Source: Takakia lepidozioides (Eukaryota > Plantae > Bryophyta). Taken from it: DNA of 64,000 nucleotides. The DNA lies in NCBI GenBank assembly GCA_030704615.1, contig CM060731.1:67704001-67768000 (forward strand), read 5' to 3'. Below the pieces are notes generated by a model that saw only the letters and a program-made list of their open reading frames with translations, made no database searches and had not been told where the DNA came from. Numbering within the stretch: position 1 is the stretch's first letter; each line of letters begins with the position of its first letter. Position numbers and translations under genes: made by a program. Below, piece after piece: positions 51,103-64,000 of the stretch.

Positions 51103-52457
51103 TCAAAGGTATGGAACAAGTAGTGAAACATGAATAGATCTAGCTAAGTGAGGAGTAGAGGTATGTTGAGGGAGCAAGACATACTGCCTGCCAGGAAGAA
51201 TATCAGAGATAAGGTAAGGGCCATCAATGCGTCGTTTAGCCTTGGAAATCTGCTTACCAGGCTGGAGTCTCACACAAACAGACTGGCCCACCTTGAATGA
51301 CTCAGAATATACAACACGACGGTTGTAATTTTTTGCCTGAGCAGCTTGAGCAAACACAATGTTAGATTTGGCAGTTTCCCGCAAACGTCTTCTTCTAGCA
51401 TCCATGGAAAGCAAAAAGACCTCCCAATTTCAGGCTCAGTAGCCGAGACCTGCAGCCAGGAGATATGCAAAGGAGTTCTACATTTTCTACCATACAAAAG
51501 TTCAAAAGGTGAGATTTTGGTACTGGCATGGATAGAAGTCATGTAGGCAAAGAGCAGAATAGGCACAACAATATCTCATTCATCAATGAGTGTCCCATTC
51601 TTTTCGAGCATCTGGAATATAGTTTTGTTAAATCGTTCTGTCAGACCATTGCATTGGGAATTGTTGGGAGCAGTAACGACATACTTAGTGTTGAGATTAA
51701 ACAAGACAATCTTCATAAGTTGGTTGCAGAACTCTGTACCTTGATCCGTGAGGATTTCCAGAGGGCAACCATGACGAAGAATCACCTTATTAAAGAAGAA
51801 TTGCACCACTTCATCACTATCCTTAGCAACCAGAGGTCGGAGCTCAACCCATTTCGTCAGGTAGTCCGTTGCAACCGCAAAGTATGCATGGCCTTTAGAC
51901 GTGGATTTAAAGGGTCCGACTAGATCCAAGCCAACCCTGGCAAATGGTTCAGTCACCGGGATTGGCTGTAAAGGCAGAGGAACGTCGGTTCTAGGTATGA
52001 TGGTTTTAGCATGACAGGGCACACACCTTGCAATGAAAGCTGTGACATCTTTAACTAAGCCTTTCCAGTGAAACTGCTCCTGCAATCTCTTGATAGTTTT
52101 AGCAACCCCCAAATGGCTAGCATAAGTAGAAGCATGGTATAATTTGAGTAAAGCAGGGACAGCGGACCTAGAAGGGACTTCCACAGCAGAGGTACCTTCC
52201 AAAGCAGTGACTCTGAACAATCTCCCTTCACTTTCCCGGTGGCTGGGTAAGTGATAGTTGACTTGCCTCATGAGCAGCTTGGATATGCCACTAAGGTGGG
52301 TGCCGGTTTTGCACCTATGGAGAAGATCATCGTATAATGGATCATCCATGCCTACATCATTCATGGCCACACAACAACAGGTTAGTGTAGGCGAGAAGAA
52401 AGTGGCAGCCCCCGTTCTTTTCCTTTCGGAATCCTGACTTCATTTTCAGTTGGCTGC
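51103..52457 (-). pseudogene. gypsy integrase
   Basis: YH...ASHLG...C..C zinc finger, VGLDLVGP, TDYLTKW, LTDQG.EF, NGLTERFN, SPFELLYG and GPY motif; frameshifted. Confidence 0.92.
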
Positions 52458-53977
52458 CACTACTACGTTTAGGGGGGGTTAGCGACCCCGGGACCCCGAG
52501 CGCGCCAGACGCGACGACCCTCCTGTGACTGCTGCGCCGCGTAGGCGCCTAGCCCGGAAACTACGACGTCCGCGCGTCGCCGCAGCGCCGCTCCGGTGAC
52601 GCTTCGTCAGCTTGCGATTCAGCTACGTCGCTGCAGTTGGGGCATGACCCGCCAGCAAGCTGGGGTTTGCGACACCCGAGCATCGCACGTGCCCTCTGCG
52701 ACGCTCCCGCAAGGCTGCGACGCCCGGGAATCGCAACAACACCCCCTCACACTTAGGCGCGTGGGGAGGGCCGAGCCAGCTCGCGTTGGGGTTTGCGACG
52801 TCCCAACGTCGCAGAAATGCCACAATGGCGACGTTGCGATTCCCCGCAGTCGCAAGCCTGCTAGGGCATCGCAAGTGCCCTCTTGCCTGGGGGTCTAGGA
52901 TTGGGGATTGCTGCTACGTAATAAAAAAAAAAATTGCTGTGTTTTGTTCTGTGAATTCGACCCTTGTACCACTACATCCGTGCAAACTATTGGACCATAT
53001 GCTTAGCGTTTACAATGCGTGTGCAAATTTTGGGAGTGAACAAAAATCATTTGGACTGAAAACCATATTTTCTTCCCTCATTTGCACTCCGAAGTTGAGT
53101 TCTTTTCAACTTCATGCACTCTCCATAGAGAGTGTGAGTGAAGGAAACTCTTTGTTTTTTTTATTTTTGTTTGGTCCAATTTTTTCCATGGATGCAGTGG
53201 TCTGGGGTTTGCATTCACAGAACAAAATAGAGCTAAAACAAAAATCATTGCGTAGGAAAAATCCGCAATCATAGATATTGTAAATGCAGGGGGTTGCGAC
53301 CTTCAGGGGTCGCCTTGCGACGGCATTGCGATGCCCCAATAGGTTTGCGACAGCGGGGAATCGCAATATTGCATTTTCTATGTCTTTGCAAAGTTCATGG
53401 CAGAGGCCAAGCTGAATGGATCCATTGTTGCAAATCTTTTTAGTCCTCCTTCTGTGCTACAATATAATAGGTCTATCTTGCATGTGGGAGACCTTGATCA
53501 ACCCGGGCGGCCTTATTGTTAAAGACAAAGGGCAAGAAGAGGGGGTGGGAACACTAGGAAAGGAAAAGGGAAGGGCCATGGGATTAGAGGGTTGAGGGTA
53601 GATTGCTTTGGCAATGGCTTTGGCAACATTGTTGTCTTTCACACCAATTTCGAAGATTCTTTCTGTTGCATCGAGATCATGGTAACCAAATCGATTGAAG
53701 GGTTTCCAGGGGTAAGTCTTGGTCAGCACTTGTAGAACAAGAACCACGTCTTCCAACATTCTTGCCCTCGTACAAAAACTCAACAATCCTAGAGTCACTT
53801 TTTGAGTCACAACTTCACTAAAATCATTCCTAGATCGCCACAACTACAAAGGATTTTTTTTTATGGATTTTTCATTAATCAATCATAGAAATAAGCTACA
53901 TGCATGTACATGTACAATCAATCGAAGGGATGGGTACAGTTATGTGCGAGAATTATTATGTAGCTTTGATTATATGT

Positions 53978-56900
53978 CTAATCGACTTGAACATCATCAT
54001 CCGGGGCTTCTTCGTCCTCATCAAGCTGCAAGTCTTCTTGCTCATCAAAGTCATTGTCATAAATGGTCTGGTCACCAAAAGACACATCTGAATCATCTTC
54101 CACCTTGGTTTCAATGACCATGTCTTCATCTTCTTTTCCAACATCCGCATCTGATGGAGCCTCATCATATAGGGTCCGGGATGCATTGTCCGGGGCGTCA
54201 TCATTCTCTTGTACCCCCTCTATCCAACCTCGGCCAACATCAGCATCATCATGACCAGTCTCTTCCTCCTCCGCATTTTGCCCCATGTAGATCCCCAACC
54301 ATGATAGATACGTCTTCCTCTTGGCTGAGCATGCACAACCACCTTCTAATTTCCTGATCCGGAGAAGAAAACTTGCTCCATGTCTGAAGGCCATGAAAAA
54401 GGCTCATCAGAGGGACGATGAGTAGACTCGAGCCTATCTGTATTGACGCGCATGAAACCACACTCGTCTTCTACTATTGTTGCAGATGGCCCCACAAGAT
54501 GTGGCTGGAACCACCTTGCCTTGAAGATAAGAGGTTGGTGTCTTGTATACTGAAGTTGGAGTATGCTCTCAAGCTCTCCAAAGTAGTTGAGTGTGCTCAT
54601 GGTAGGTCGTGTATCTCCCCTGCCCCACACGGAGTCTTGCCAATATGAGGCACACAAGCCAGAATCAAACGTTGTTTTGCATTTCATGTCAAGAGCACGA
54701 ATGCGGAAATGACGACCATGAACCCAAACCGCCGTGTATGAGATCGCAAATTGAGAGGGGCCCCTTGCAATGTCTTGCACCAAATCTGAAACCACCTCAC
54801 ATTTCGCAATGTTATCCTCTACTTCAGTCCGAAGCCAATGGCGGAATGAACTTAGAGGCTGCAATTCCATGGGCAATTCTTGTGAAGGCTACGCCGGCCC
54901 CTTACTCGCGGAGCGCGTGTAGTCGCCCTTGTATGGTTCCGCCTCCACACAACCGTCTCCTCTTGTCGTTGCTGAACAAGGTTATTGTATCTTGTCTCCT
55001 ACTCATGTATGGATAGGGTGTTCTTCAGTATGAACTCATGCGCTTGGTTAATCACCATGATGGGTAATTTTACCCTCTTTGAATTTTTGGGCAAAACGAT
55101 GTCATTGGTTCGTACATCCTCATCTTCCTTCCACATCGGAGGGGCTTCCTTATCCACCCTTGCCAAGTACTTCATGCAGTAGAACATAGCCTCTTGCAAT
55201 GTATACCCCTCCGCCATGCTACCCTCCGGGTGTGCCATTTGTCTTACATGTGCTTTCAAAGTCTTCATGTATCGCTCAAGGTAGTACATCCACCGAGAAT
55301 GAACGGGGCCGGCAATCGAAGCCTCTTCCACTAAGTGCACTACAAAGTGCACTTGGATGTCAAAGAATGAGGGAGGAAGGTGCATTTCCAACATACACAT
55401 GACCACCGCCGCCTCCTTCTTCATGCGTGGAAAGTCCGCTTCCTCCAGCTCTTTGGAGCAAATCCACCGAAACAATGCTCCCAATCTATAGACTGTCTCG
55501 CGAACCTCGGGAGTCAATGTCCCACGTACTGCAATGGCAAGATGTCTTGCAATAGATTGTAGTAGTCATGAGACTTCAAACCATGGACCCCGTCTTCGTT
55601 GAACTTCATACGGAGGGATGACCCATAACCAGTTGGTGTTCGGACAGCTTCTATGGTGGCTATCACTTTCTTGTATTCCTCCTTGGTCCATTGCCAAGGT
55701 GCACGCCTATACTTCCACCGTATAACACCCTTTGGGTCCACACCATTTTCTTCGGCCCATAGATGGGGCATGCGACCCTGCTCCTCAAGTTCCTTTCTAA
55801 CACCGAGAGAATCTCCTTTCACAACCACTCCCTTCTTGCAGGCGTGCCATGAAGAACACGAAAAAAGGACGAGCAAACATTCTTCTCAATATGCATGGGA
55901 TCTAGAAGATGACGAATCTTCAGGTCCTACACATATCCCCACCCACAAATTCTTACACGTCTATTTTGTCGTGAAAGTGACAATGGAAATCATACAAAAC
56001 ATGCAATATCACATGCATGCATAGCAATATTGATGGTGTTTTGTGGAATATGTACCGCCCAATTTGGCAGCTCGTAGAAGATTGAAAGCCGCTTCATGCC
56101 GGACGCCTCCACTTCACCGGACCCCTCCGGATGGACCTCCTTCCATCGGTCTTCCCAAAAGTGCCCGGATGGTGTCACAGGTGGGGGACGTAACTCCACT
56201 TTGTCATCAAACAAGTGTTTGTCTCTTCTTCTCCAATGATGGCTCATAGGAAGAAACTTGCGGTAGTTTGGGATACACCATCTTGCGAAGATTGCTGGAG
56301 CTTTGTGCATCAAGTTCATCGCCACAATGCAAACATGCGTGGTACCCTTTAGTGCTTAACCCCGAGCAAATAGTAAGTCATGTAGACATTCCGCCACATT
56401 AGGAAAGACAAAAAATTTCCATGTGCATCTACCCCACTACGGTGCAGAAGACTGTCGTCGCTACTTCAATCAATCCCAATCCTCATCAATATCCCTTGAC
56501 AGGTAAATGTACGCGGGTTTCTCATGGGGAACATAATATACCTGGATAATCATGCATTGTCCAAAGCAAGATGCCTCTCATCTGAAAAGATTGTCCGGCC
56601 ATAGGGTCAAGTGAAGCATCCAATGCCGGGACCCCCCTCCATAACTCCTTCAGTTCATCAACTAGAGGTCGCAACGTGTCCATGTCTTTCACTTGTTTTT
56701 TCCCTATGAGACATTCACCCCATTAATTGTTTCAATGCTCCACCATGCTAATTATACTTCATAATGAATGACACATCTTACTACATGATTACGTCACTCA
56801 TCAATCTTCCATCGGAATTGCGCCAAAGAGAAGAAGATTAATGTAAAATCCAAAGTAATAATAAGCATGAAATGGGAACACTCACCCGGTACAATGGCAG

Positions 56901-57700
56901 CCAACATGATATGGCCTTTTTTTATTGAAAGATACGGAGGGATGTTGTAATTCACCATGGTCACCGGCCAAGTGGAATGATTACATGACTGGACAGAGAA
57001 TGGGTTGACCCCATCCAAGGAGAAGCCGAGGCGGACATGTCGTGGGTCCTCCAAGAGAAAAGACCACATCTCTTCAGTATGCCTCCATGCTTGTGAATCT
57101 TGTGGCCCGCACACCTTTCTCGGGGGGCTCCGATGCGAGGCGTGCCATCTCATCGGTTCTGTGTCATTCATATCTCTAAGTAAAACCTTACGTCTTGTAG
57201 CGGTTGCAAAAAGGTAGAATGCAATATACAAGTGTATTGTGGCGCGGGTATACCTTGCGCGGGGCTTTCTTCCCTTGAACATCATCCCGATATCGGTCTT
57301 TGTTGCATTTTGGACACTTGGTGAGTTTCGCATCCTCTTCGTAGTACAGGGTTTTATTACATGGACATGCATGAAAAATCTTATAGCCCATCCCCACAGC
57401 ATCCAAGGCTGTTCTTGCCTCTTTTCTTGATCGTGGCATTCTCGGCTTCAAATGTGGGGCAAGGATGTAGTCCGCAATAGTCCGCATTATGGCGGACATA
57501 CCCACATTGCTTATGCCAAACCGGATTTGCAAATTCAGCAACAACAAGATGGTTGAAAGTCTACTCACTTTGGCCCCTTCGTATAAGGGAGTTTTGGCTT
57601 CTTTTTTCCATGTCATTCAAAGAGTCTGTGTCCTCATCTACCATCTGATGCATTAAGAGGTCATCCATTGCTGCCACATCTCATGTAATTCCATTGTCAT
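53978..57700 (-). pseudogene. CACTA TnpD transposase (spliced, frameshifted)
   Basis: GYKIFHACP..CPKC, DSQAWRH...DPRHVRLGFSLDGVNPF...STWPV, LLWTMHDYPG, LKSHDY, FFDIQVH, GPVHSRWMYYLER, PEGSMAEGY and DEPFSWPSDMEQVFF. Confidence 0.92.
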
Positions 57701-58104
57701 TGTTGTCCTCATCATTGGAGACCGCCATTTCAGACGGGGTCGGGTCCCTTTGATACGCACCCCCCTCCGAAGGAACAAAATCCCGGTTCATAACAAGATC
57801 ATGACTTCATGAATTAACGTCGTGGGGTTGTGGCCGACATCCTAAGATGCCAAAAACAAACATGTCATTATCAGTTTCCATACATGGCGTTGTTCATTAT
57901 CATACAAGATAAAACCCAAAGTACACATTATACGCACGAGGGGAATAATACATTGCTTCCCACATGAAGGAGACACTATATAATTCAAAATACCCAAATT
58001 CACATATAACGTCCCGACCAAACTCCCTTGAATATAGCATGAAAAACTGCATCCATATACACATCAATGCCTATGTATATATATACACGGTGGAGGAAGC
58101 CACC

Positions 58105-59462
58105 TCAATGTAACTTTGCAAACAACTCCTCTCCAGCCCTAATAGTCCTCCTTGCACATGTCATCACAAAAGTGGTGATGTTAGGGTCCAATCTACTATC
58201 CCCGTCATGGCGTTCATCCCAAACACGTTGGCGGTGTGGCCCGGCGGTAAGGTAACTGAACTGTTGATGAGCCCAGCACGTGCCGTACACGTCGGGGTTT
58301 CCGTCACAATAAATATGGGCTTTGCGGCCCAAATTTCTCGCCCTTATATCATTGTCGTTCACAACAAGGATGTAAGGATGGATCAAGGACCCAAGGTCGT
58401 GTGTCTGCAATAATTGCCACTCCCGGTGGGTGTACCTCGGCCCAAAATAAGGGAACAAATCCACAGAATCCTCTCCTCCCCCCAAAACTACATCCTCCAT
58501 TAAAAAAAGTCCGCGACCCATACTAGGGTCCATTGCCTCCATCACGCAATACATGCGACCCCAAAAAAGAAATGGCTCACCCTCGGGAATCGGAACTGGA
58601 CAAGGCACAAGACATTGGTAGAAATGGGTTGGACTCCCATCGTGAATAGCTCCCTAGCACCACGATGACGTATGGTGCCGTCATCAGGCCGGCGAAGGCG
58701 CGGACCAACCGTGCGAAACAACTTCGGTCCACCTCTCCTAGGGGGCCGCGCCCGTCCATCACTTCGGGGGCCCTTCTCCCGAAATGGGAACCTAGTGATC
58801 CATCGGTCCCAGTCATACACAGTCCCCAAAGGTGGTGGGATCCATCCAGGTTCTGCCGAGGACCCGGATACGACTGGTCTCGACAATGGAGGGGAAGGGA
58901 CACGTAGGTTGGTATGAGGGATCTCGCGTGGAGGTAGTACTGGCCGAGATGGCCGGGATGGCGATGGTGATGAGGAAAGAACATGTACAATAGGAGGAAC
59001 GGATGATGCGGATGATGGTAATGATGGGGGTGTCGATGTCGAGGATGTCGAACTCGGACTCAGTGGCGGCTGTGGTCTCGGCAATGGAGGGGAAGGGACA
59101 CGTAGCCGGTCGGTATGAGGGACCTCGGACGGCAATGGTAATGAGGAAAGACCATCTACAATAGGAGGAACGGACGATGCGGATGATGGTGATGATGGGG
59201 ATGTCAATGTCGAGGATGGCGAATGTGTGTGCGTAGGTGACAAGCGCCTAGCCCGGTGCCCAAAAATAGAAAAACACTCATCGTACCCCGCTACCTCACA
59301 AACTGCATCTACGTCATGTGGCGAGAAAAAGATGTTCACATCCGGAACGAGGTGGGGCTCGTAAGAAGGAAGAAACCCGCATCGGTATGCCTCTTCAGCA
59401 AAAAAATTGCGAGCTTGGACATCAAGACGGGGCTGCAAGATGTATGATATGAAATGCATCAA
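58105..59462 (-). pseudogene. SET-domain protein with Pro/Ser-rich N-terminus inside CACTA element A
   Basis: MGRGLFL...FPYFGP...YIL...CDGNP, then INSS...TAN in a shifted frame, then FVMTCARRTIRAGEELFAK. The order and spacing fit SET motifs. Confidence 0.65.
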
Positions 59463-61049
59463 TACTCAATTCACAAACGCGAGGTTTCATTAGATATAGT
59501 ACTTTTAATTGAGGAGTACGTGAGAAGATATATGGACGACTTACCTTTGCTGCATCAGCAATCTCGTACTTGACGTAATGTTTTTGCACAACATGGGGTC
59601 GCCGCATCATCGGTGTGGTCCTCCCAACCGGTAGTCGTGCCCAACACCAACTGCACCAACATTCAATCTTGGGGAGGCGGTCCCGGCGGGGTCTCCCCGG
59701 GGCTCGTGCCTCTGGACTTGGCGGCCTACGACCTCGGGGTGGTGGCCGTGGGGCAAAGCTGTGCGGACATGGCGATGCCGCCTAACTCGTAGACGAGGCG
59801 AACGTGCTGTCTCGCCCTCAGCAGGTGGTTGTGGCACAGCCGGTAACGAATCCTCAAGCGTGACACGTCGATAAACACGCGGCATAACCTAGCACGAGAG
59901 AGAGGTAGAGTACCGTATTGTGACCCACTGTAACCTCCGGAGGAGCTACACTCCCAACCCTTGGTAAAAACTTGAAAAAAAAACCCTACAAACGTAAAGC
60001 CATATGTCCCCACCCACCAAAAAACAAAACCCTAAAACAAAACTATATTGCAGCTAATCCTAAACTAACTATATTATAACTAACCCTAAACTAAACTATG
60101 TAACCTTTAAAATTCTAAGAGCCAAAGACCCAAAAACCCAAATGATCCTTGCAAAACCCCATAACCCAAAAAACCAAAATAAAAAAAATAAAAATGAGAG
60201 GCCTCTTCAACACACCTCTGCGCCAGATCTGCGACTGCCGCGACTTTCGTGCGACGTCCCTGCGACTCCCGTGCGACGTCCCCCTGAGGCAGCGACGCTC
60301 GTGCGATTCCCCAACGTCGCAGCGGATCCTCCTCCTGCCAAGGTGGCCGCCCTTCTCTCCCCTTCTCTCTCCCCTTCGCGAAGACGCCTGATCGCCGCCG
60401 AGGTTTTCCGGTGGGTCGCCACACTGGCGCGCCGCGGCTGCACCGACCGCCTCTAACTCCCCCTCTCAATCTCTCCATCTGATCTCTCTCTCCCTCACCC
60501 TCCTCCTCTCACTCTTCCTCCCTCCCCTCCCTCCATCCCTACTTTGTTTTTTTTGGCTCTCGAGCTCTCCCGGGTGCAAGTACCCCCGCGCGCCGGAGCG
60601 TTTTCCAGCGGCGGTGACGCAACACTGATGCGCCACGGTGTTCAAACCCGCGCGCGCCCTCTCTCTCACTCTCCCTCTCGCCCTAATCCCTCTCCCTCAC
60701 TCTCTCTCTCTCCCTCTTCTATGTCGTTTTGTTTTTTGTTGTTGTTTGAGCGAGCTAGGAGCGCGCCCCCGTGACCTGCTGGTGGAGCGCCAGCCAAACG
60801 CCAGCGCCGCGGGAGGGACCGCCAGCGTGAAGGAGCTGCCGCATGAGAGAGCTGCCCTCCCTCTCCTTCTCTCTCTCTCATTCTCCCTCTTAGCCCTCAC
60901 TTTCCATCTCGCCCTTATCTCTCTCCCTCATTCTCTCCCTCGTTCTCTCTCTCCATCTTCTCCCTTTTTTGTTGTTTGAGCGAGGGAGTGTGCCCACGCG
61001 ACCTGGTGGCGGAACGCTAGCGTGAAGGAGCTGCTGCGTGAGATGCCCA

Positions 61050-61200
61050 ACTGCAAGTAAGCAGCCATGCATTTCTGATCTTCATAGTGAGAGATTTCAG
61101 TGAGAGTTTGGGTTCCACGGAGTAGACAGTGGAATCCCCACGGATCTCATAGTATATAGGACAATAGAAGAAGTGTTCTTCAGTTTCAATTTCATGGAGA
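61050..61200 (-). mobile_element. LINE 3' fragment
   Basis: EIETEEHFFYCPIYYEIR resembles the C-terminal zinc knuckle of RTE-like LINEs. Confidence 0.55.
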
Positions 61201-63310
61201 GAGAGAGGGAGAGATTTCCCTTTTTTTTTTCGCACAAAGGAGAAGGAGAGAGAGGGAGAACGAGGGAGACTCCTCACTCCCTCTTTCTCCCTCTCTCCCT
61301 CTCTCTCCACATCTTCATGGGACAGAGGGAGAGATGAGGGAAAAGAGGGAGAGAGGGAGAGAGGGAGAGATGAGGGAAAGGAAAAAAAAAAAAAAAAAAA
61401 ACCGGGGGGGGGGGGGGGGGTGACTGAGTAGCAGCAGCTGCTCAGTCACTCTCCCCCCCCCCCCACCTTTTTTTTTTCCCCCTAAACAGTCCTTCTCTCT
61501 CCACATCTTCATGGTCCCGACAGAGGGAGAGATGAGGGAAAAGAGGGAGAGAGAGGGACAGAGGCAGATTGGGACAGAGGGAGATGAAAAAAATCACTTC
61601 CCCACCCCCCCACCGTTTTTTGTTTTTGTTTTTCCCCCTCAACAGTCCCTCTCTCTCCTCATCCTGATGGGACAGAGGGAGAGAGAGGGAGAGATGAGGG
61701 AAAAGAGGGAGAGAGGGAGAGAGTGGGAGAGATGAGGGAAGAAAAATAAAAAAGAAGGTTGGGGGGGGGGTGACTCAGCAGCTGCTGCTGCTCAGTCACT
61801 TCCCCCCCAACCTTTACGTTTTTTGTTTGTGGAATGGTGGGGGGTGCTGAAAGCAGCTTGCTGCTGCTGGTCTTAGCCCCCCCCCGACCTTTCATTTTTT
61901 GGATTTGGCAATGGTGGGGGGTGTTGAGAGCTGCAGCAGCAAGTACTTGCTGCTGCTGCTCTCAATCCCCCCCCCCACCTTTTTTCTTTTCTTTTTGGAA
62001 TGGTGGGGGGCTGACAGCAGCAAGTGTTGGTGCTCTCAGCACCCACCCACCCACCACCCCCACCCCCCTTCCCCTTCTTTTCATTTTTTGCTTATCAGCA
62101 GAGAGAGAAAGGGGGAGACAAAGATAGAGAGACATAAAGATAGAGGGAGAGGAAGAGAGGGGAAGGGGGAGGGTCAGGCCTTGTTGGTTTTTGGCATGTG
62201 AAATCACACGGCAGTAGTGTTGTGGGCGCAGGGATAAGCTGGTAGTATGGCGAAGGACAAGGAGAAGGCGCCGCCGAAGGAGCAGAAATCGTCTGCCGCT
62301 AAGGTAGGGAAGCTTGACAACCCTCCCGTCATTGACGACCGTGTGACACGGTCCACTTGGTCCAAACTCACCAGCCCTATAGGCGGCTATGTGAGAGGAC
62401 CAAGCCGTAAGGCCGTCGAGGCCTCCACGGCCTCGAAGGTTGAGGCTGGGGTGAGCCTTCAGTTGAGGGTGGTGCACCCAATGTTCAGGCTGGGACGCCA
62501 CCCCACGGGCTGATGGAGGGCCCTGACTTTTACACGGGGCAGCGCATTCTCAGATCTGCCGCCAGGTATGGACAACTTGATCTTAGCCCCACCGCCAATG
62601 CTTTTTCCCCTTCTTCTGCAACCAAGAGGGCTTATAAGGGGGGGGGCTCAGAAGGGGGTGGGTTCCTCCTCACCTTGGGAGAAGAGGGAGGCTTCAAAGG
62701 AGGCCGCAATGAGGTGGAAGGAGGAGGAAATGAAGAGGGAAGAGGGAAATAAGGGGGCACGGGAAAGGGAGGGGGAAGAGGAGAGGGTGACATTGGCTAT
62801 GGAGGGCCCCTAGTCCGTCGCCTGAACGGTCAATGAAGAAGACCCTGGACTTTGGGGCGCCGCCTGCGAGCCTATTGGGTGCATGGGATAGGCTTCCACC
62901 CTTATTCCGAGAGGGCCTTTATGGGGGGTGCACCACAAGCGGGGACCGAGGGCAACATTGAGGTCATGGACACAAATGTGAGCCTCTTTCCTTCACCTTT
63001 TTTTCTTTCCTTTGCCTTTCATTCTGGTTTGTTTCTAATTTTGTGGGTTTTGTGTTCAGGAGCTTGGCGCATTCGTGGCTAAGCTTGTGGCAAGTAGTGG
63101 GACTGCCACCGACAAAGCAGGGACAGTGGTGGTGCCTACCCGTGGGGACGGTAAGAGGAAGAGGAAAAGACGTCGTGTCCTCGAGGTTCCCCTAATCATC
63201 AAGGAGGGTAGGGAAGTAGTGGAGGGGAAGGGGAAAGAACAGGCCCAGGAGAGGGAGCGTAAGAGAAAGAGGCGTAGAATGAGAGAGGTGCAGCCGGGGG
63301 AGGGCACTAG

Positions 63311-64000
63311 CACTAGTACAAAAAACGGGTTTCATGACACTTTTTTTTATTGTTTTCATGACTCTTTTGGTCATTTTGACTCATTTTTTATTCTTTTGCA
63401 AAGAGTCATGCAGACCGTGTCGTTACGATGACTCTAATATCCGTGTCGTGAATATGACTCTGGGTGATATCCCCTTGTGAGCAATATACATGACCCTGGA
63501 TTTCGTCACGTCCGTGACTGTTTTCTAGCAACACGCGGCTCTCCCCGGATTGCGACGTGTCAATTTCAGATGATGACAGGTGTAGGGACGACGTTATCTC
63601 GCACGCATGCCACAACGGGCCACGTGTTCATGTTGAGCGATACCACATGTTGAAATCTAGCAACTTTTAGAGAGTCATAAATCTGACTGTGGATGCGTTC
63701 GTGCCTGGACACGTGGCGCTCTTTGTATGGTATCAGGTAGGAGTGGGAAATTATCCTGGTCATAAGCATGACCATTTTATAACTTTAGGTGGTCGTGTAT
63801 TTGACTCAAGTCTCATTGAATGGCTACGTGGCGCATAATGTATGGTATGAATTTGAAATGTGAAAGGTATTTGAGTCATGAGTATGACCTCATTGGTTTG
63901 AGTTCATGAGTATGACTAGACACGTGTCACGCTTTGCATGGCTGTTGGTGCCTAGTTGAGTCATGGGCATGACCCATCTCTACTCCACATGTAGTATTCT
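63311..64000 (+). mobile_element. CACTA element B, left end
   Basis: CACTAGTACAAAAAAC follows TAG (63308-63310), with CATGAC/GTCATG subterminal motifs as at 12370-12460. Confidence 0.85.

Larger units (their letters stand above)
52458..63310. mobile_element. CACTA element A, left part
   Basis: Starts CACTACTACGTT after TGC (52455-52457), with GCGAC subterminal repeats, a transposase on the minus strand and a divergent plus-strand ORF from 62247. Confidence 0.88.

Noticed and set aside
60460-62200. Many short ORFs in GA/G-rich sequence
   Set aside because: Low-complexity translations with no recognisable domains.

Overview
Eukaryotic nuclear DNA with spliceosomal introns and dense transposable elements (TEs), most likely from a non-seed land plant (inference). 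It holds one apparently intact host gene, a plastid acyl-activating enzyme of AAE15/AAE16 type (minus strand, 31696-41590), and two broken diterpene-synthase copies. The rest is nested TEs: a Ty3/gypsy element, two CACTA elements, L1- and RTE-type LINEs, MITEs, a SINE and an AT-rich hairpin satellite. The main discovery is a 7.66-kb DNA transposon (15050-22713) with a 9-bp target-site duplication (TSD), asymmetric GGGG.../...CTG ends and CGTGAGC subterminal motifs. It carries (i) an 8-exon gene fusing a ParB/Srx-like domain to a prokaryote-type beta-class N4/N6 DNA amino-methyltransferase fold, (ii) a divergently oriented SWIM-finger transposase remnant, and (iii) between them an array of long palindromes. 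A truncated second copy and a small non-autonomous relative with the same end code are also present. A CACTA element carries a SET-domain ORF and the gypsy element carries a dUTPase-like domain. TSDs and reading frames show the nested TE block is permuted: its left half lies at 50-64 kb and its right half at 8-29 kb. All calls come from reading the sequence by eye; no searches were run.
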